This document shows, in pieces, positions 10,411 to 24,145 of a stretch of 59,943 nucleotides of DNA. The stretch is from positions 52,428,132 through 52,488,074 of the forward strand of contig NC_068997.1 of the NCBI RefSeq assembly GCF_001194135.2, in the 5' to 3' direction. The DNA is from Octopus bimaculoides (taxonomy: Eukaryota). Under the pieces are notes generated by a model. The model did no database searches and was not told where the DNA came from. It saw only the letters and a program-made list of their open reading frames with translations. Position numbers and translations under genes: made by a program. Within the stretch, counting starts at the first letter, position 1. Each line of letters begins with the position of its first letter.

Positions 10411-10612
10411 ATTCTTTTATTCTTTTACTTGTTTCAGTCATTTGACTGCGGCCATGCAGGAGCACAGCCTTTGGTCGAACAATTCGACTCCATGTCTTAT
10501 TCTCTGTAAGCCTTGTACTTATTCTATCATTCTATTTTACCGAAGCGCTAAGTTACGCAGACGTAAACACACCAACATCGGTTTTCAAGCTATGGTAGGA
10601 GGACAAACACAG
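10411..10612 (-). mobile_element. SINE family A, 3' half
   Basis: Reverse complement of the family-A tail. Confidence 0.85.
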
Positions 10613-10622
10613 ACACACAAAT

Positions 10623-10687
<65 letters not shown>

Positions 10688-11346
10688 AGACGATTCTAGC
10701 AGCTCGCCACGTTTTAAAACTTAAAGGCATTTTCCCCGCCACTCTAATTACGACGATAATGACGATGATGATGGGGATGATGATTTCCTTTATTGGCTCT
10801 CTTAGGGCCCAAGACATTGCGAACACAAAAGGATGAGGGGGGCGTCTACATCGATCAAGAAGAATTAAACGATAATGTAGCTAAAATAAAAGATGTGACA
10901 AAAACAACGTACATAAAAATAGACTTATATAAATAAGTAAATAAATAAATTCCCTAATAGAGGGACAGTACCCCTACGGTAAGTCGGAGGCAGAGCGCAC
11001 ACAAAAAGCGCACACAAAAATATGCACAGAATTTGTTTCTAGTAGGAATTGAAACTATGATGGTGGCTTGTATGAACATTTGCTTTACTTCAAAATTGCT
11101 CCATACATCGCGGACTCAATCTGTCATCGATCCTCTTCAATCTATGCCAAGTATGTTTGGATTTTAGAGTTTAATATATTCTACATGTTTGATATATTCG
11201 GAAACTCTTCTATCAATCAGTGAGCTGAAAGCCTCTTTGCCTTGTTAAAGAAAATTGTAACATATATCACAAAGATCCTCCAGATGGCACTTGTACAGCC
11301 TANNNNNNNNNNNNNNNNNNNNNNNNNNNNNNNNNNNNNNNNNNNN

Positions 11347-11385
<39 letters not shown>

Positions 11386-11506
11386 GGCATACACCATTCA
11401 CCTACACACATGCAGGCATACATACAAAAATACAAACGTGTATTCGTAAATACGAACAGAGACGCACGCATTCGGAAACATATGGTTACATTTATACTGA
11501 GACAAA

Positions 11507-11567
<61 letters not shown>

Positions 11568-12321
11568 TCAAGCAAGCATATATGCATTCATACGTGTGTG
11601 TACGTATATGTTTGTACTACTTAATAAGACTGACTCAGTTTTACATAACTTATACATCCATCCATCCATCCATCCACATACATACATACGTACGTACGTA
11701 TGCATGTATGTATATATGTATATACATACATACATACATACGTACGTACGTATGCATGTATGTATATATGTATATACATACGGAACATGTGGCTGTCAGC
11801 AGCAAAAAGTCTACACACACCGCCAGCACCAACAATACAACCATCAGCGCCACCATCAATACCACCATTGCCACCACCACCACAAACAATACCACTACCA
11901 CTAACGCCACCGCTACAACCACCACTAACACCACCGCCACCATAACCACCACCACCACCAATGCAGGGAAGAAATATTTCACAACTCTTAGAAATTCTTT
12001 GATTCTTCAGAACGAATCTAATTAGTTAAGAGAAGCAGTTCAGTTATTTAAAGGGGCCAATTTTTGTTCAAAGGGGCCAGTAAAATATCCCTAAAATGAC
12101 TGGCTAACCTATCAACAGATGGGATTAATATTTAAGTACCACTTCCGGTAGATGTTTTTCTTCTTCCTGTTTTTACACACGTGAAAGCAAATTGTAGTAG
12201 TTGTAGTAGTTGACTTGTGTTCGAATTTCACCAAAGTCAAATTTTCGTTGTTAGATTTTTTATTTCATTCTTGCGTTGTCGATAAATGTATTCCATCAGA
12301 TACTTGATATTAATTTGAAAT

Positions 12322-12523
12322 TTTGATACGAGGCTAGGAATATTGGGGGAGAAGATTAGTCGATTACATCGCTCTCAGTATTCAACTGGTATTTATGTTA
12401 TCAACCCCGAAAGGACGAAAGATGAAATGGCCCCAGCGGCATTTGAACTCAGAACATAAAGGCCGAAGAAATACTGCTAAGCATTTCTCCCGGAGCGGTA
12501 ACGACTCTGCCAGTTCGCGACCT
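12322..12523 (-). mobile_element. SINE family B, diverged
   Basis: Reverse complement of the family-B head and core. Confidence 0.8.
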
Positions 12524-12554
12524 TATCAGAAAATTTAATATTTTATATTGATAT

Positions 12555-12742
12555 AAAGCAGCGAGCTGGCAGAAACGTTAGCACGTCGGGCGAAATGCTT
12601 AACAGTATTTCGTCTGTCTTTACGTTCTGAGTTCAAATTCTGCCGAGGTCGACTTTGCCTTTTATCCTTTCGGGGTCGATAGATTAAGTACCAGTTGCGT
12701 ACTGGGGTCGATCTAATCGACTGGCCCCTCCCCCAAAATTTT
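12555..12742 (+). mobile_element. SINE family B
   Basis: gcgagctggcagaaacgttagcac...gagttcaaattc...ggggtcgatagattaagtaccag. Confidence 0.9.
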
Positions 12743-13759
12743 TGTATGCATGTGTGTGTATGTATTATTATGTAATCAGTATCGTTAGTCCGACAAAATA
12801 TATTTTGTTTTGCTGAAGCAGCAGGCTAGATATATAAACAGAGGATAAATGGAGAGCGAGAAAACACGGGATGGAGTGGGGGAATATGGGCGTGCATGAT
12901 GTCGAAAATGACAGAGAGAGGAGGAAAAAAATATTCATAAAAGTTAGAAGTGATGACGATGTATACGAGTGATAGTTCCTGATACATTTTGAAAATAACA
13001 ATAATTAATATGATTTTTCAATCTAAGTGTCTAAATAGAAAGAGATACGATCTGTCTAGTAACACAAGACTTACGCGAATTGTAATAACAACATTAATTA
13101 CATGTATTAGATTAAGTAATTAATAAGAATATGATAAACATATAATGGAACAGATTGTGTAAACACGGAATATTATCATAATTATGTAATGTCAAATGGA
13201 AATTTGTCATAATGACAAAAAAAGACGAAGTTTTATCGAAAAGTAATATCGACTTAACGAAAACTACTTCTTTTTTCTCACTGATTGTAAACATATTTTA
13301 GGGTTATTAAACATCTACCGGTGTGAAGATTCTAAAATATAGATATATACAAAAAAATTCTTTTTATATAACATCCATTATATAACGTTCACGTTCCCGT
13401 TCGTCGGGCAGTCGTGATACAGAAAGGAATAAAACTGTGATGGTACTGGGGTATCACATACGCAATCTCAAATTTGTGACAACGACGACGACGATGATGA
13501 TGACGACGACGACGATGATGATGATGATGATGATGACGATGACAGCGACAATGATGCTGTTGATGATAATGTCTTCTTTCATTCGTTACAAGATGATGAT
13601 GATGATGATGACAATGATGATGTTATGCAAACATTACATGAATGACCCGAATTAAATGGGTGAAAATTAACACAGATTTAATCCATGTTTAATCTTTATC
13701 ACAAATTAGACAGTGTTCAATTGAAGAAATCAACACCTTCACAACGATCATACGGGTCC

Positions 13760-13790
<31 letters not shown>

Positions 13791-14220
13791 CTTCTTCTTC
13801 TTCTTCTTCTTCTTCTTTTTTTTCTTCTTCTTCTTCTTCTTTTTCTTCTTCTTCTTTTTCTTCTTCTTTTTCTTCTTCTTCTTCTTTTTCTTCTTCTTCT
13901 TTTCCTTCTTCTTTTTCTTCTTTTTCTTCTTCTTATTTTTCTTCTTCTTTTTCTTCTTTTTCTTCTTCTTCTTCATCTTCTTCTTCTTCTTCTTCTTCTT
14001 CTTCTTCTTCTTCTTCATNNNNNNNNNNNNNNNNNNNNNNNNNNNNNNNNNNNNNNNNNNNNNNNNNNNNNNNNNNNNNNNNNNNNNNNNNNNNNNNNNN
14101 NNNNNNNNNNNNNNNNNNNNNNNNNNNNNNNNNNNNNNNNNNNNNNNNNNNNNNNNNNNNNNNNNNNNNNNNNNNNNNNNNNNNNNNNNNNNNTCATCAT
14201 CATCATCATCATCATCATTA
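13760..14220. repeat. (TTC)n / (TCA)n microsatellite spanning a gap
   Basis: Direct reading. Confidence 0.95.
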
Positions 14221-14311
14221 GTAGTAGTAGTAGCTTCTGTTGTTGACGTGTTTGTAGTAATCTTTTGCTGTTGTTGTTGGTGTTGTTTTTTGTCATTGCT
14301 GTTGTCTACCA

Positions 14312-14405
14312 AATCTACTCACAAGACCTTTTGGTCGACCCGAAGCTATAGTAGAGAACATTTGGCCGAGATGCCACGCAGTAGGACTTAACCAGGAACC
14401 ATGTG
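14312..14405 (-). mobile_element. SINE family A, 5' fragment
   Basis: Reverse complement matches cacatggttcc...tgcgtggca...ctatagc...ttgtgagt. Confidence 0.75.
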
Positions 14406-14413
14406 AGTAATAC

Positions 14414-14509
14414 TGACAGTGACTTCGAATTATCGGCCAGCTAAGCCACGATCGGACATAGAGAACGTAAAAGGTGCTTAGCTGGCCGAAACTTTCGAAG
14501 TCACTGTCA
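14414..14509. other. 96-nt hairpin (16 bp + 13 bp perfect stems, 4x5 internal loop, 29-nt apical loop)
   Basis: tgacagtgacttcgaa / ttcgaagtcactgtca and cggccagctaagc / gcttagctggccg. Confidence 0.9.
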
Positions 14510-14620
14510 AAACTTTTCTAAATAAAGTGTAATAAATTTGTACTCTAGAAAAATATGGAGTAATTTTCCATTTAATGTAAAACAGTTTTTATAATAAAAG
14601 AATTTAGGCATACATATATA

Positions 14621-14771
14621 TGGCTGTGTGGTAAGCAGCTTGCTTACCAACCACATGGCTCCGGGTTCAGTCCCACTGCGTGGCACCTTGAGCAAGTGTC
14701 TTCTGTTATAGCCTTGGGCCGATCAAAGCCATGTGAGTGGAATTGGTAGACAGAAACTGAAAGAAGCCCGT

Positions 14772-14822
<51 letters not shown>

Positions 14823-15056
14823 GTGTGTGTGTGTGCGTGTGCGTGCGTGTGTGCGTGTGTCTGTGTTTGTGCCAGCCCCAACATCGCTTGACAACCGATG
14901 ATGGTGTGTTTACGGCCCTGTAACGTAGCGGTCGGTTCGGCAAACAAAGCCGATAGAATAAGTAGTAGGCTTACAAAGAATAAGCCCTGCGGTCGATTTG
15001 CTCGATTAAAGGCGGTGCTCCAGCATGGCCGCAGTCAAATGGCTGAAACAAAAGAA
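14621..15056 (+). mobile_element. SINE family A, full length
   Basis: Head, internal (TA)n(TG)n and tail all present. Confidence 0.9.
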
Positions 15057-15086
15057 TATATATATATTCATATATATATGTACATA

Positions 15087-15119
<33 letters not shown>

Positions 15120-15540
15120 NNNNNNNNNNNNNNNNNNNNNNNNNNNNNNNNNNNNNNNNNNNNNNNNNNNNNNNNNNNNNNNNNNNNNNNNNNNNNNNNN
15201 NNNNNNNNNNNNNNNNNNNNNNNNNNNNNNNNNNNNNNNNNNNNNNNNNNNNNNNNNATATACATATATATGTATATATATGCAAACATATATACATATA
15301 TTTGTATACATATATATGTGTGAATATATATATATATATGTACAAATATAGATAGACATATATTTAGATACATATGTATACACACACACAAGCATATATA
15401 TATATATACACATATACACACATAGGTAAAGAGTGAGTGAGAGGAAGAAAAAAAGAAAGAGAAATTAAGAGATCAAGTGAGTGAGTGAGTGAGAGAGTGA
15501 GAAAGAGTGAAAGTGAGGTGGAAAAAAGACCTTAAACAGT

Positions 15541-16077
15541 TGAATGAAATAGTGACATATGTTACGGTGGACTGTGCCAAATTTTTGGCACAGTCTGTAA
15601 TTAGATTCTTAGAGAAGTCTTTGTTTGAAGGAGGCGGGACCAGGCCAAGGCGGGACAGGACCCCCAGAAACTGTGCAGTGACTTGGGGTGAATTATAAAG
15701 AAAATAGAAGAGAAAGGTTTGAAAAAAAAAGAAAAGAAGGGGCAAGAGAAAGGGGGAGGACAAGAAAGGATTGTATAAAAGAGGGGGGAATGAGTAGCGG
15801 GGAGAGAAGGATTTGGGGATGTTTAAGAAAGGGAGAAAGGTTGGCGGTATGAGGTACGGGAGGAGGAGTGGGAGTGAGAGAAAGAGTAGAAAGAGAGGAA
15901 AAGGAGATAGTGGGGGGAGGATTAGGTGAGGGAGGTTGGAAGAAGATGGGGGAGATGGGGAGATCGAAGATTGTTGAGGGTTTGAGAGAATAGGTGTGTG
16001 TAGGGGTGAATAGAAAGAGACGTAGAGAGAGAGAGAGAGACGTGCATGTGTATGTGTGTATGTGGGTGTGTATATAT

Positions 16078-16158
<81 letters not shown>

Positions 16159-16274
16159 GAGTGTGAGAGAGAGAGAGAGAGGTATATAGAAAATGAGGTA
16201 TATGATGAAAAATACCATAAACTTGGCCAAAAATGAATGAAATAGTGACATGTTACGGTGGACTGAGCCAAATT
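15541..16274. repeat. ~41-bp direct repeat pair (15541-15582, 16234-16274) around a purine-rich tract
   Basis: tgaatgaaatagtgaca(ta)tgttacggtggactg(t/a)gccaaatt occurs twice. Confidence 0.8.
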
Positions 16275-16289
16275 ATATATATATATATA

Positions 16290-16460
16290 CGCTGGTGTGT
16301 TTATGTCCCCCGTCACTTAGCAGTTCGGCAAAAAGAGACCGATAGAATAAGTACTAGGCTTACAAAGAATAAGTCCCGGGGTTGATTTGCTCGACTAAAG
16401 GTGGTGCTCCAGCATAGGCGCAGTCAAATGACTGAAACAAATAAAAGAATAAAAGAGTAA
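16290..16460 (+). mobile_element. SINE family A, 3' half
   Basis: Family-A tail sequence. Confidence 0.85.
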
Positions 16461-16506
16461 AGGATNNNNNNNNNNNNNNNNNNNNNNNNNNNNNNNNNNN
16501 NNNNNN

Positions 16507-16543
<37 letters not shown>

Positions 16544-17718
16544 ATATATATACAGAGGGAGAGAGAGAGGTGGGGTAGTATGAAGATAGATTGGTAGGAC
16601 TTAGCGAGATAAGGGAAGAAGAATGGTGTAGAAAGGTTGGTCAGAAAGAGGAGTAGGGAGAGAGGTTGTATGAAGACGGGTGAGACGTGTATAAGCTCAG
16701 AGAGAGAGGGGGGGAAAGGGTGAATGAAGACTAGATGGGTCGGATGGGGTAGGGGGGAACTTTAAGGAAGAAAGAGAAGAAGAAGAAGAAGAAGAAGAAG
16801 AAGAAGAAGAAGAAGAAGAAGAAGAAGAAGAAAGAGACGAGAATATTAAGAAGAATTATGTGATGAAAATCGCTCCCAAAATTCCTCTCTTACTCCTCCT
16901 CTCTCTTACCTCTCTCTTACCTCTCTCTCTGTCACTTGTCTCTCTCTCTCTCTCTCTCTCTCTCTGTTGCTCCACATCTCTCTTACCCACTCTCTCGCTA
17001 TTTCTTTCACCCTCTCTACACCACAACCACCTCTACTAGCACCACTCGAACACTACAACCAGCACCACCACCACCACCACCACCACTACCACCATTTTCC
17101 CTAGCACACCAACACCAGCGTCACAACTACCACCACCACCACTACTACTACAACTAGTACTACCACATCCACATCTACTATCAACGCCACCACTACCACC
17201 ACCATCTCACCACCACCACCATCTCACCACCACCACCATTAATACTTGCATCATTACCAACTAATTTAACCTTACACTCCGCCCACCATACAGCCTACAA
17301 TAGAACTACACCTCTGACTTCTCCCTCCACTTTCAATCCTCTCTTTCTCTCTCTTTCTCCCTCTCTCGCTTTCTCTCCCTTTCTCTCTCTCCCTTTTCTA
17401 TTCCCTATTGGGCCAACACCACTGAAACCAGCGGCCATACAAATGAATGAGTAAATACTTAAGAATTAGGGAGGTTCTCTCTCTCAGTATACGGGCGTAT
17501 GTCAATGTGTGGATGGTGTATGTCAATGTGTGTGTGTGTGTGTGTGTGTGCCACGAGTCACAATTATCTACATATGTCAACTGTTTACCTTATCACACCA
17601 ACCGACCTCAGAAGTCGAAATATGACAGCTGGATTAATTACCCTCGCGGCTTCTATTATATTTGTATAAATACTTTAATATGCACATATGTATGTATTTA
17701 TACACACACACACATGTG

Positions 17719-17757
<39 letters not shown>

Positions 17758-18150
17758 NNNNNNNNNNNNNNNNNNNNNNNNNNNNNNNNNNNNNNNNNNN
17801 NNNNNNNNNNNNNNNNNNNNNNNNNNNNNNNNNNNNNNNNNNNNNNNNNNNNNNNNNNNNNNNNNNNNNNNNNNNNNNNNNNNNNNNNNNNNNNNNNNNN
17901 NNNNNNNNNNNNNNNNNNNNNNNNNNNNNNNNNNNNNNNNNNNNNNNNNNNNNNNNNNNNNNNNNNNNNNNNNNNNNNNNNNNNNNNNNNNNNNNNNNNN
18001 NNNNNNNNNNNNNNNNNNNNNNNNNNNNNNNNNNNNNNNNNNNNNNNNNNNNNNNNNNNNNNNNNNNNNNNNNNNNNNNNNNNNNNNNNNNNNNNNNNNN
18101 NNNNNNNNNNNNNNNNNNNNNNNNNNNNNNNNNNNNNNNNNNNNNNNNNN

Positions 18151-18516
18151 AGATCGACCCAGTACGCGACTGGTACTAAATTTATCGACCCCGAAAGGAT
18201 GAAAGGCAAAGTCGACCTCGGCAGAATTTGAACTCAGAACGTAAAGACAGACGAAATACCGCTAAGCATTTCGTCCGGCCTGCTAACATTTCTTATTTCT
18301 TTATTGCCCACAGGAGCTAAACATAGAGGGGACAAACAAAGGGATTAAGTGGATTGCATCGACCCCAGTGCGTAACTGGTACTTAATTTATTGACCCCGA
18401 AAGGATAAAAGGCAAAGTCGACTTCGGCGGAATTTGAACTAAGAACATAAAGACAGACGAAATACCGCTAAGCATTTCGCCCGGGGTGCTAACGTTTCTG
18501 CCAGCTCGCTGCCTTA
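18151..18516 (-). mobile_element. Two tandem SINE family B copies
   Basis: Core and head repeated at about 18151-18288 and 18289-18516. Confidence 0.85.
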
Positions 18517-18534
18517 GTCTGAGACCTTATTAAT

Positions 18535-18819
18535 CACGGTATCAAGTGATCGGCCAGACTATTGGAAGTTGTTACACATCGCTGGTCATAATGCGCTTCA
18601 CTTTGTTTTAGCTTTCGATTGACGCCACCCCGCGGGCCAAAGGAGCAGGCCAACATTACCCTGGATCGGAAGGTTACCCATTTATGTCTGAATCGATTGC
18701 AACAACGTGAAATGAAGTGTTTCGCTCAAGAACACAACGCGTCGCCTGGTCGGGGGATCGAACCCATGATTGAACGATCGTGAGTGCAATACCTCAACCA
18801 CTCGGCCACTCGCCTTCAC
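18535..18819 (-). mobile_element. tRNA-derived SINE, family D
   Basis: Reverse complement: gtgaaggcgagtggccgagtggtt...ggttcgatccc...gcgttgtgttcttgagc; TSD-like gagacctta on both sides. Confidence 0.8.
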
Positions 18820-19127
18820 GAGACCTTAATGATATATTGCAAAATCCACTCGATACCTGAATGGTAATTGAACCTGTCAGAGCAAGTTTGCAAAGCTTTT
18901 ACTCGTCTTCATCCATTGTACTCACCCCTAAAATCCCACCGTGCGTCTAACGTAATATTCCAGTCACCAACTGTATCACTAATAAACAGGACTTTCCCAG
19001 GATACAGATAAATCTCGTTCTGTTAGAATTAATACCCTCGTTTGTTGATTTTTAGATTTTTAACACTGAAAATCACACCATGCATTTAAGGTTACCAACT
19101 AACAGTAATAAACAAGGTGAAGGCGTG

Positions 19128-19377
19128 TGGCTAAATGGTTGCGGTATTCGGCTCACAGTCGTGATGTTGTGAGTTCAATTCTCAGGAAGATAGTTTATTT
19201 CACGTTGCTGGAAAGGATGAACAGTACCTGCATTTCAGAGGCCCAGTGTCACGCTGAACCTCCCTGACAACTGCATTGTTTGTGGAGTACTCAGCCACGT
19301 GCAAGTTAATTTAACGAGCAGACATCCGTTGATTGGATCAACTGGAACACTCGTCGTCGTAACGGACGGAGTGCGAG
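19128..19377 (+). mobile_element. tRNA-derived SINE, family C, with deletions
   Basis: 3' part (tcagccac...gttaatt...ggatcaactggaac.ctcgtcgtcgt) shared with 56406-56804. Confidence 0.75.
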
Positions 19378-20143
19378 TATTAAACAAGACTTTCCCAAGG
19401 GAGCGATTAAAGTTCGATCCCGTTAGAATTAAATCTGTGTTGTTATATTTGTCTAAGACCTTATTGGTATAGTTGGAAAATCCATTCGGTACCTACACAA
19501 ACAGCTGGAACTATCTGGGAAGGATGACGACGATTTTACACCGCCTCTTCTGTCGTATTCTTCCCTAAAAAATCCCACAATACTCCTAAGGTACTATTTC
19601 AGCAGTTTTTGTAGTGTGAGCCTTTTCGAATAAACACCTTTGTTTGATGTTTTAGATTTTAAACACTCCAAAAGGGAGATTTTACTTAGTAATTACTTGT
19701 TCACCCTGAGTTTATACGCTACCATAGCATGTAAGAGACCTCTCGAGTCTGTATCATTAGTATGCAAAACCACTCCCATAGCGGTATTTCCGTCAGCCAT
19801 CTTGTTGACATACACGGGCAGACGATAATTATCAACAAAACGAACACTAAACAAATATATGAATGAATCGAGCCCCCTAGCTACCACCGCCCCACCCCAC
19901 AGCCGTTAACAACTACACCAGGCATTGCTGATGTTTGGACCCTAATGCCAGTTGTTCAATTTATAAGGTCGATTAAGTTTTTGTTTATTGCGTATTAGAT
20001 AAAACTTTGTCACCCATTGTCGGCCATTGTTGGGCTGTTTTAGATTTGACGAAGATTCATTGACGTAAACCAATGTAAAAATAGATCGAGTCTAGATTGG
20101 TTAGACTTGACATCATGAGCAGCCGGGCGCGTAATGTCCTAAA

Positions 20144-20183
<40 letters not shown>

Positions 20184-20308
20184 TCACACACTCTCACATA
20201 TACTCACATACATGAGCACACATACACGCTCTTTCTCGTTATCTCTATCTACCTATGTATACTCTTTCGTAATTCTTTTTCTTTCTCGCTCTCTCCCTCT
20301 TTCCCTCT

Positions 20309-20360
<52 letters not shown>

Positions 20361-20485
20361 GTCTGTCTGTCTATTTACGTATCAGTTTGTCTATATTTCT
20401 TCCTGGTTAACTCTTTCATTCTTTTCCTATCTACCTACTTTCTTTTCCATCTTCCTTCGTTCCTAGTTCCTTTCCTCCCCGCCTC

Positions 20486-20516
<31 letters not shown>

Positions 20517-20609
20517 GCCTGTCTATTTATTTATCTGTTTATTTATTAGAAATATAGAAAGATAGAGAGAGAGAAATGAGGCAAGAAGAGAGAAAAGAGA
20601 GAGAACAAT

Positions 20610-20670
<61 letters not shown>

Positions 20671-20722
20671 GTAGACAGACAGACAGATGAATAGATGGAT
20701 GGATGGATGATAGATAGATAGG

Positions 20723-20773
<51 letters not shown>

Positions 20774-20989
20774 AGAGAAAGTATGCACTTATGTGTATGT
20801 CTGTACCAGTGTGTATGAGAGTGTATGTTTGTGTATTTGTGCGAATGTGTGTGTGTGTGTGTTTAGATGTTAGTATTAGAAGCAGTAATCGCTTTGTAGG
20901 TGGCGCTAATGGTGATACTGATCTTACAGTCGTGAGAATTGTGTATCTGCGTACTCACAGAAATCTATGAACAGATGTGTATATGTGTT

Positions 20990-21068
<79 letters not shown>

Positions 21069-21447
21069 GCACCTGCATGTACGCATATGTGCGTGAGGGT
21101 ATGTGTGTGTGTCTGTGTGTGTCTGTGTATTTGTGTGATTGTGTGTGCGTGCAAGAGAATGTTGGTATGTATGAATTTGTATTTACGTGAAAGTCTATAT
21201 TTATGTATGTGCGTGTGTGTGTGTGTGTGTGTGTGGAGGAAAAGGAGGAGGAGAATGAAGAGGACAAACACGAAGAGTATGAGGAGGAGGAGGAGGAGGA
21301 GGAAGTGGAGGCGGCGAGGCGATGACCTCCAGATGTTGCATTTGTTTTGACTTCAGTCCAGTCCAATGAGTTTCTTCACCATGGCAGGTAACCCAAGCGA
21401 ACCGAGATCAACTCCATCTCACAATATTTCTAATTAATTTTCAGTAT

Positions 21448-21482
<35 letters not shown>

Positions 21483-21780
21483 CACACTCATACACACACA
21501 CAAGTACTTAATCATATACATTCGTTTATTTGTATGTATATGTATATATATATCGATGTGCGCGTGTGTGTACGCATACATGGATGTGAGTATATGCGTA
21601 TGTGATTGCGTAGTGTAGACATTTGTAAACAACTGGAAGATCATCTTTATTTTCATCGTGAACTATGGTAGCGGGTATGTGCATTCCTCTGTGTGTATGT
21701 CTCTGTGTGTGTATGTGTGTGTGTGTGTGTGTTTCTTGTCTTCATACACACACACAAACAATATATACATATATTTATAT

Positions 21781-22165
21781 AGTGGCTGTGTGGTAAGTAG
21801 CTTGCTTATCAAACACATGGTTCCCAGTTCAGTCCCACTACTTGGCACCTTGGGCAAGTGTCTCCTACTATAGCCTCGGGCCGACCAAAGCCTTGTGAGT
21901 GGATTTGGTAGACGGAAACTGAAAGAAGCCCGTCGTATATATATATGTATGTGTGTGTATATGTTTGTGTGTGTGTTTGTCCCCCCAACATCGATTGACA
22001 ACCGATGGTGGTGCGTTTATATCCCCGTAACCTTGCGGTTCGGCAAAATAGATCGAAAAAATAAGTACTAGGCTAACAAAGAATTAGTCCTGGGGTCGAT
22101 TTGCTCGACTAAAGGCGGTGCTCCAGCATGACCGCAGTCAAACGACTGAAACAAGTAAAAGAGTA
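21781..22165 (+). mobile_element. SINE family A, full length
   Basis: Head, internal microsatellite and tail all present. Confidence 0.9.
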
Positions 22166-22419
22166 TAAAAAAGTTTAAAAAAATGTATATATATATATAG
22201 AAATATATATATACTGATGTATATATTCATATCTCAGCACACTCACATACATATTGATGTGAACATATATCTATATGCATGTATGTATGTAGTTATGAAT
22301 ATACGCATACATATACATATGTATATATATGCATACACACATACATATATACATACTCATACATATATACACATATATGTGTATATATATATATATATAC
22401 ATGTGTGTGTGTGTATAAC

Positions 22420-22510
<91 letters not shown>

Positions 22511-22639
22511 AGCGGGTGTATTGTTTCCACCCGTTAAGTGTCATGTACACGTGCAAATGTAAATTTACACACACAGACGTTTCTCATTGCTTTGCATGGA
22601 TAAACACACGGACTTTCCCACTCCACTTCTTTTTTCTAC

Positions 22640-22686
<47 letters not shown>

Positions 22687-23016
22687 CACACACAAGTACA
22701 CAGACGCAAACACACACAGTTATTTTAGCCGCTACACATCTCTACACACCCGTATATTTGACATAGACACCGATGGTACACGTGTTCAGTGTTGTCAATG
22801 TTTGAGAAATGTACTGAAAAACCCTGAAATATATGACCTTATAAGGAAGAGCTGATGACAGAGGAAAGAGTTGTGATGTCAGTATAACGTGTGTTGTCGG
22901 CCACAGCGTCGCGGGTTCGTATTAAACCATTGTCTATGGATTCTAATGCATCTTTTAATCAAGGAAGCGTTCAACAAATTTTGGTTCTTATTCGTTTTTA
23001 TATCTTTATAGAAAAT

Positions 23017-23197
23017 ATTGGTTTCAAATTTTGCCACAAGGCCAGCAAGTTCGACTCGTATTTATTTTATCAACCCCGAGAAAATGAAAGGTAAAGTTGG
23101 CCCCGGCGGAATTTGAACTCAGAACGTAAAGACTGACGAAGTGTCCTCAAGCATTTTACCCGGTGTGTTAACGATTCTGCCAGAGCTCACAGCCTTA
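23017..23197 (-). mobile_element. SINE family B, diverged
   Basis: Reverse complement of the family-B head and core. Confidence 0.8.
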
Positions 23198-23633
23198 TGC
23201 ACAGAAAATATTGATACGAAAATCTGCAATTATGGAATATATGCACAAGCTCTCTTTTATTTTGTATCATCATCATCATCATCATCATCATCATAATCGT
23301 TATCCTCATGGTCGTCATAATCGTTGTCGTCATCGTCGTCGTCGTCATCGTCATCATCATCATCATCATAGTTGTCATCATCATCATCATCATCACCATC
23401 ATCATCATCATCTTCATCATCATATTTGTCGTCGTCGAGATTAGATGAGACGCTGTGCTAGAGTGGGTAGATATTTGTCACCAGAGGAAATTGAACTCAG
23501 CGCTTCATTAGAAAGAAACATATCTTCACTTTACAGTGTTACTGTTTATAATACCTTCAGATATGAATCACGGCAAACGGTGTTAAATACAAACAGCTCG
23601 GTGGACTGGAGCTGTGATAACAGCACAGTTCCA

Positions 23634-24145
23634 TTGACAGGAAACAAATTCTGGACTGTTTCACGTACAACACACACTGACCACTCTGTCACCCGCCTTC
23701 CTTCTATCAATAAACCATTGGTCCTCACTATTGGCAGGAAACAAATTCTCGACTGTTCCACGTACAACACACACTGACCACTCTGTCACCCGCCTTCCTT
23801 CTATCAATAAACCATTGGTCCTCACTATTGGCAGGAGACAAATTCTCNNNNNNNNNNTGGTCCTCACTATTGGCAGGAGACAAATTCTGGACTGTTCCAC
23901 GTACAACACACACTGACCACTCTGTCACCCGCCTTCCTTCTATCAATAAACCATTGGTCCTCACTATTGGCAGGAGACAAATTCTCGACTGTTCCACGTA
24001 CAACACACACTGACCACTCTGTCGCCCGCCTTCCTTCTATCAATAAACCATTGGTCCTCACTATTGGCAGGAGACAAATTCTGGACTGTTCCACGTACAA
24101 CACACACTGACCACTCTGCCCTCCGCTTTCTCTCAATCAATAAAT
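23634..24145. repeat. 97-bp tandem repeat, about 5.5 near-identical units, with a 10-N gap
   Basis: ttg(g/a)cagg at 23634, 23731, 23828 (period 97), continuing past the gap. Confidence 0.92.

Noticed and set aside
14414-14509. Hairpin as a hammerhead ribozyme
   Set aside because: GAAAC...GUC half present but no CUGANGA on either strand
23634-24145. 97-bp array as a CRISPR array
   Set aside because: Whole units repeat with no unique spacers; eukaryotic context, no cas genes
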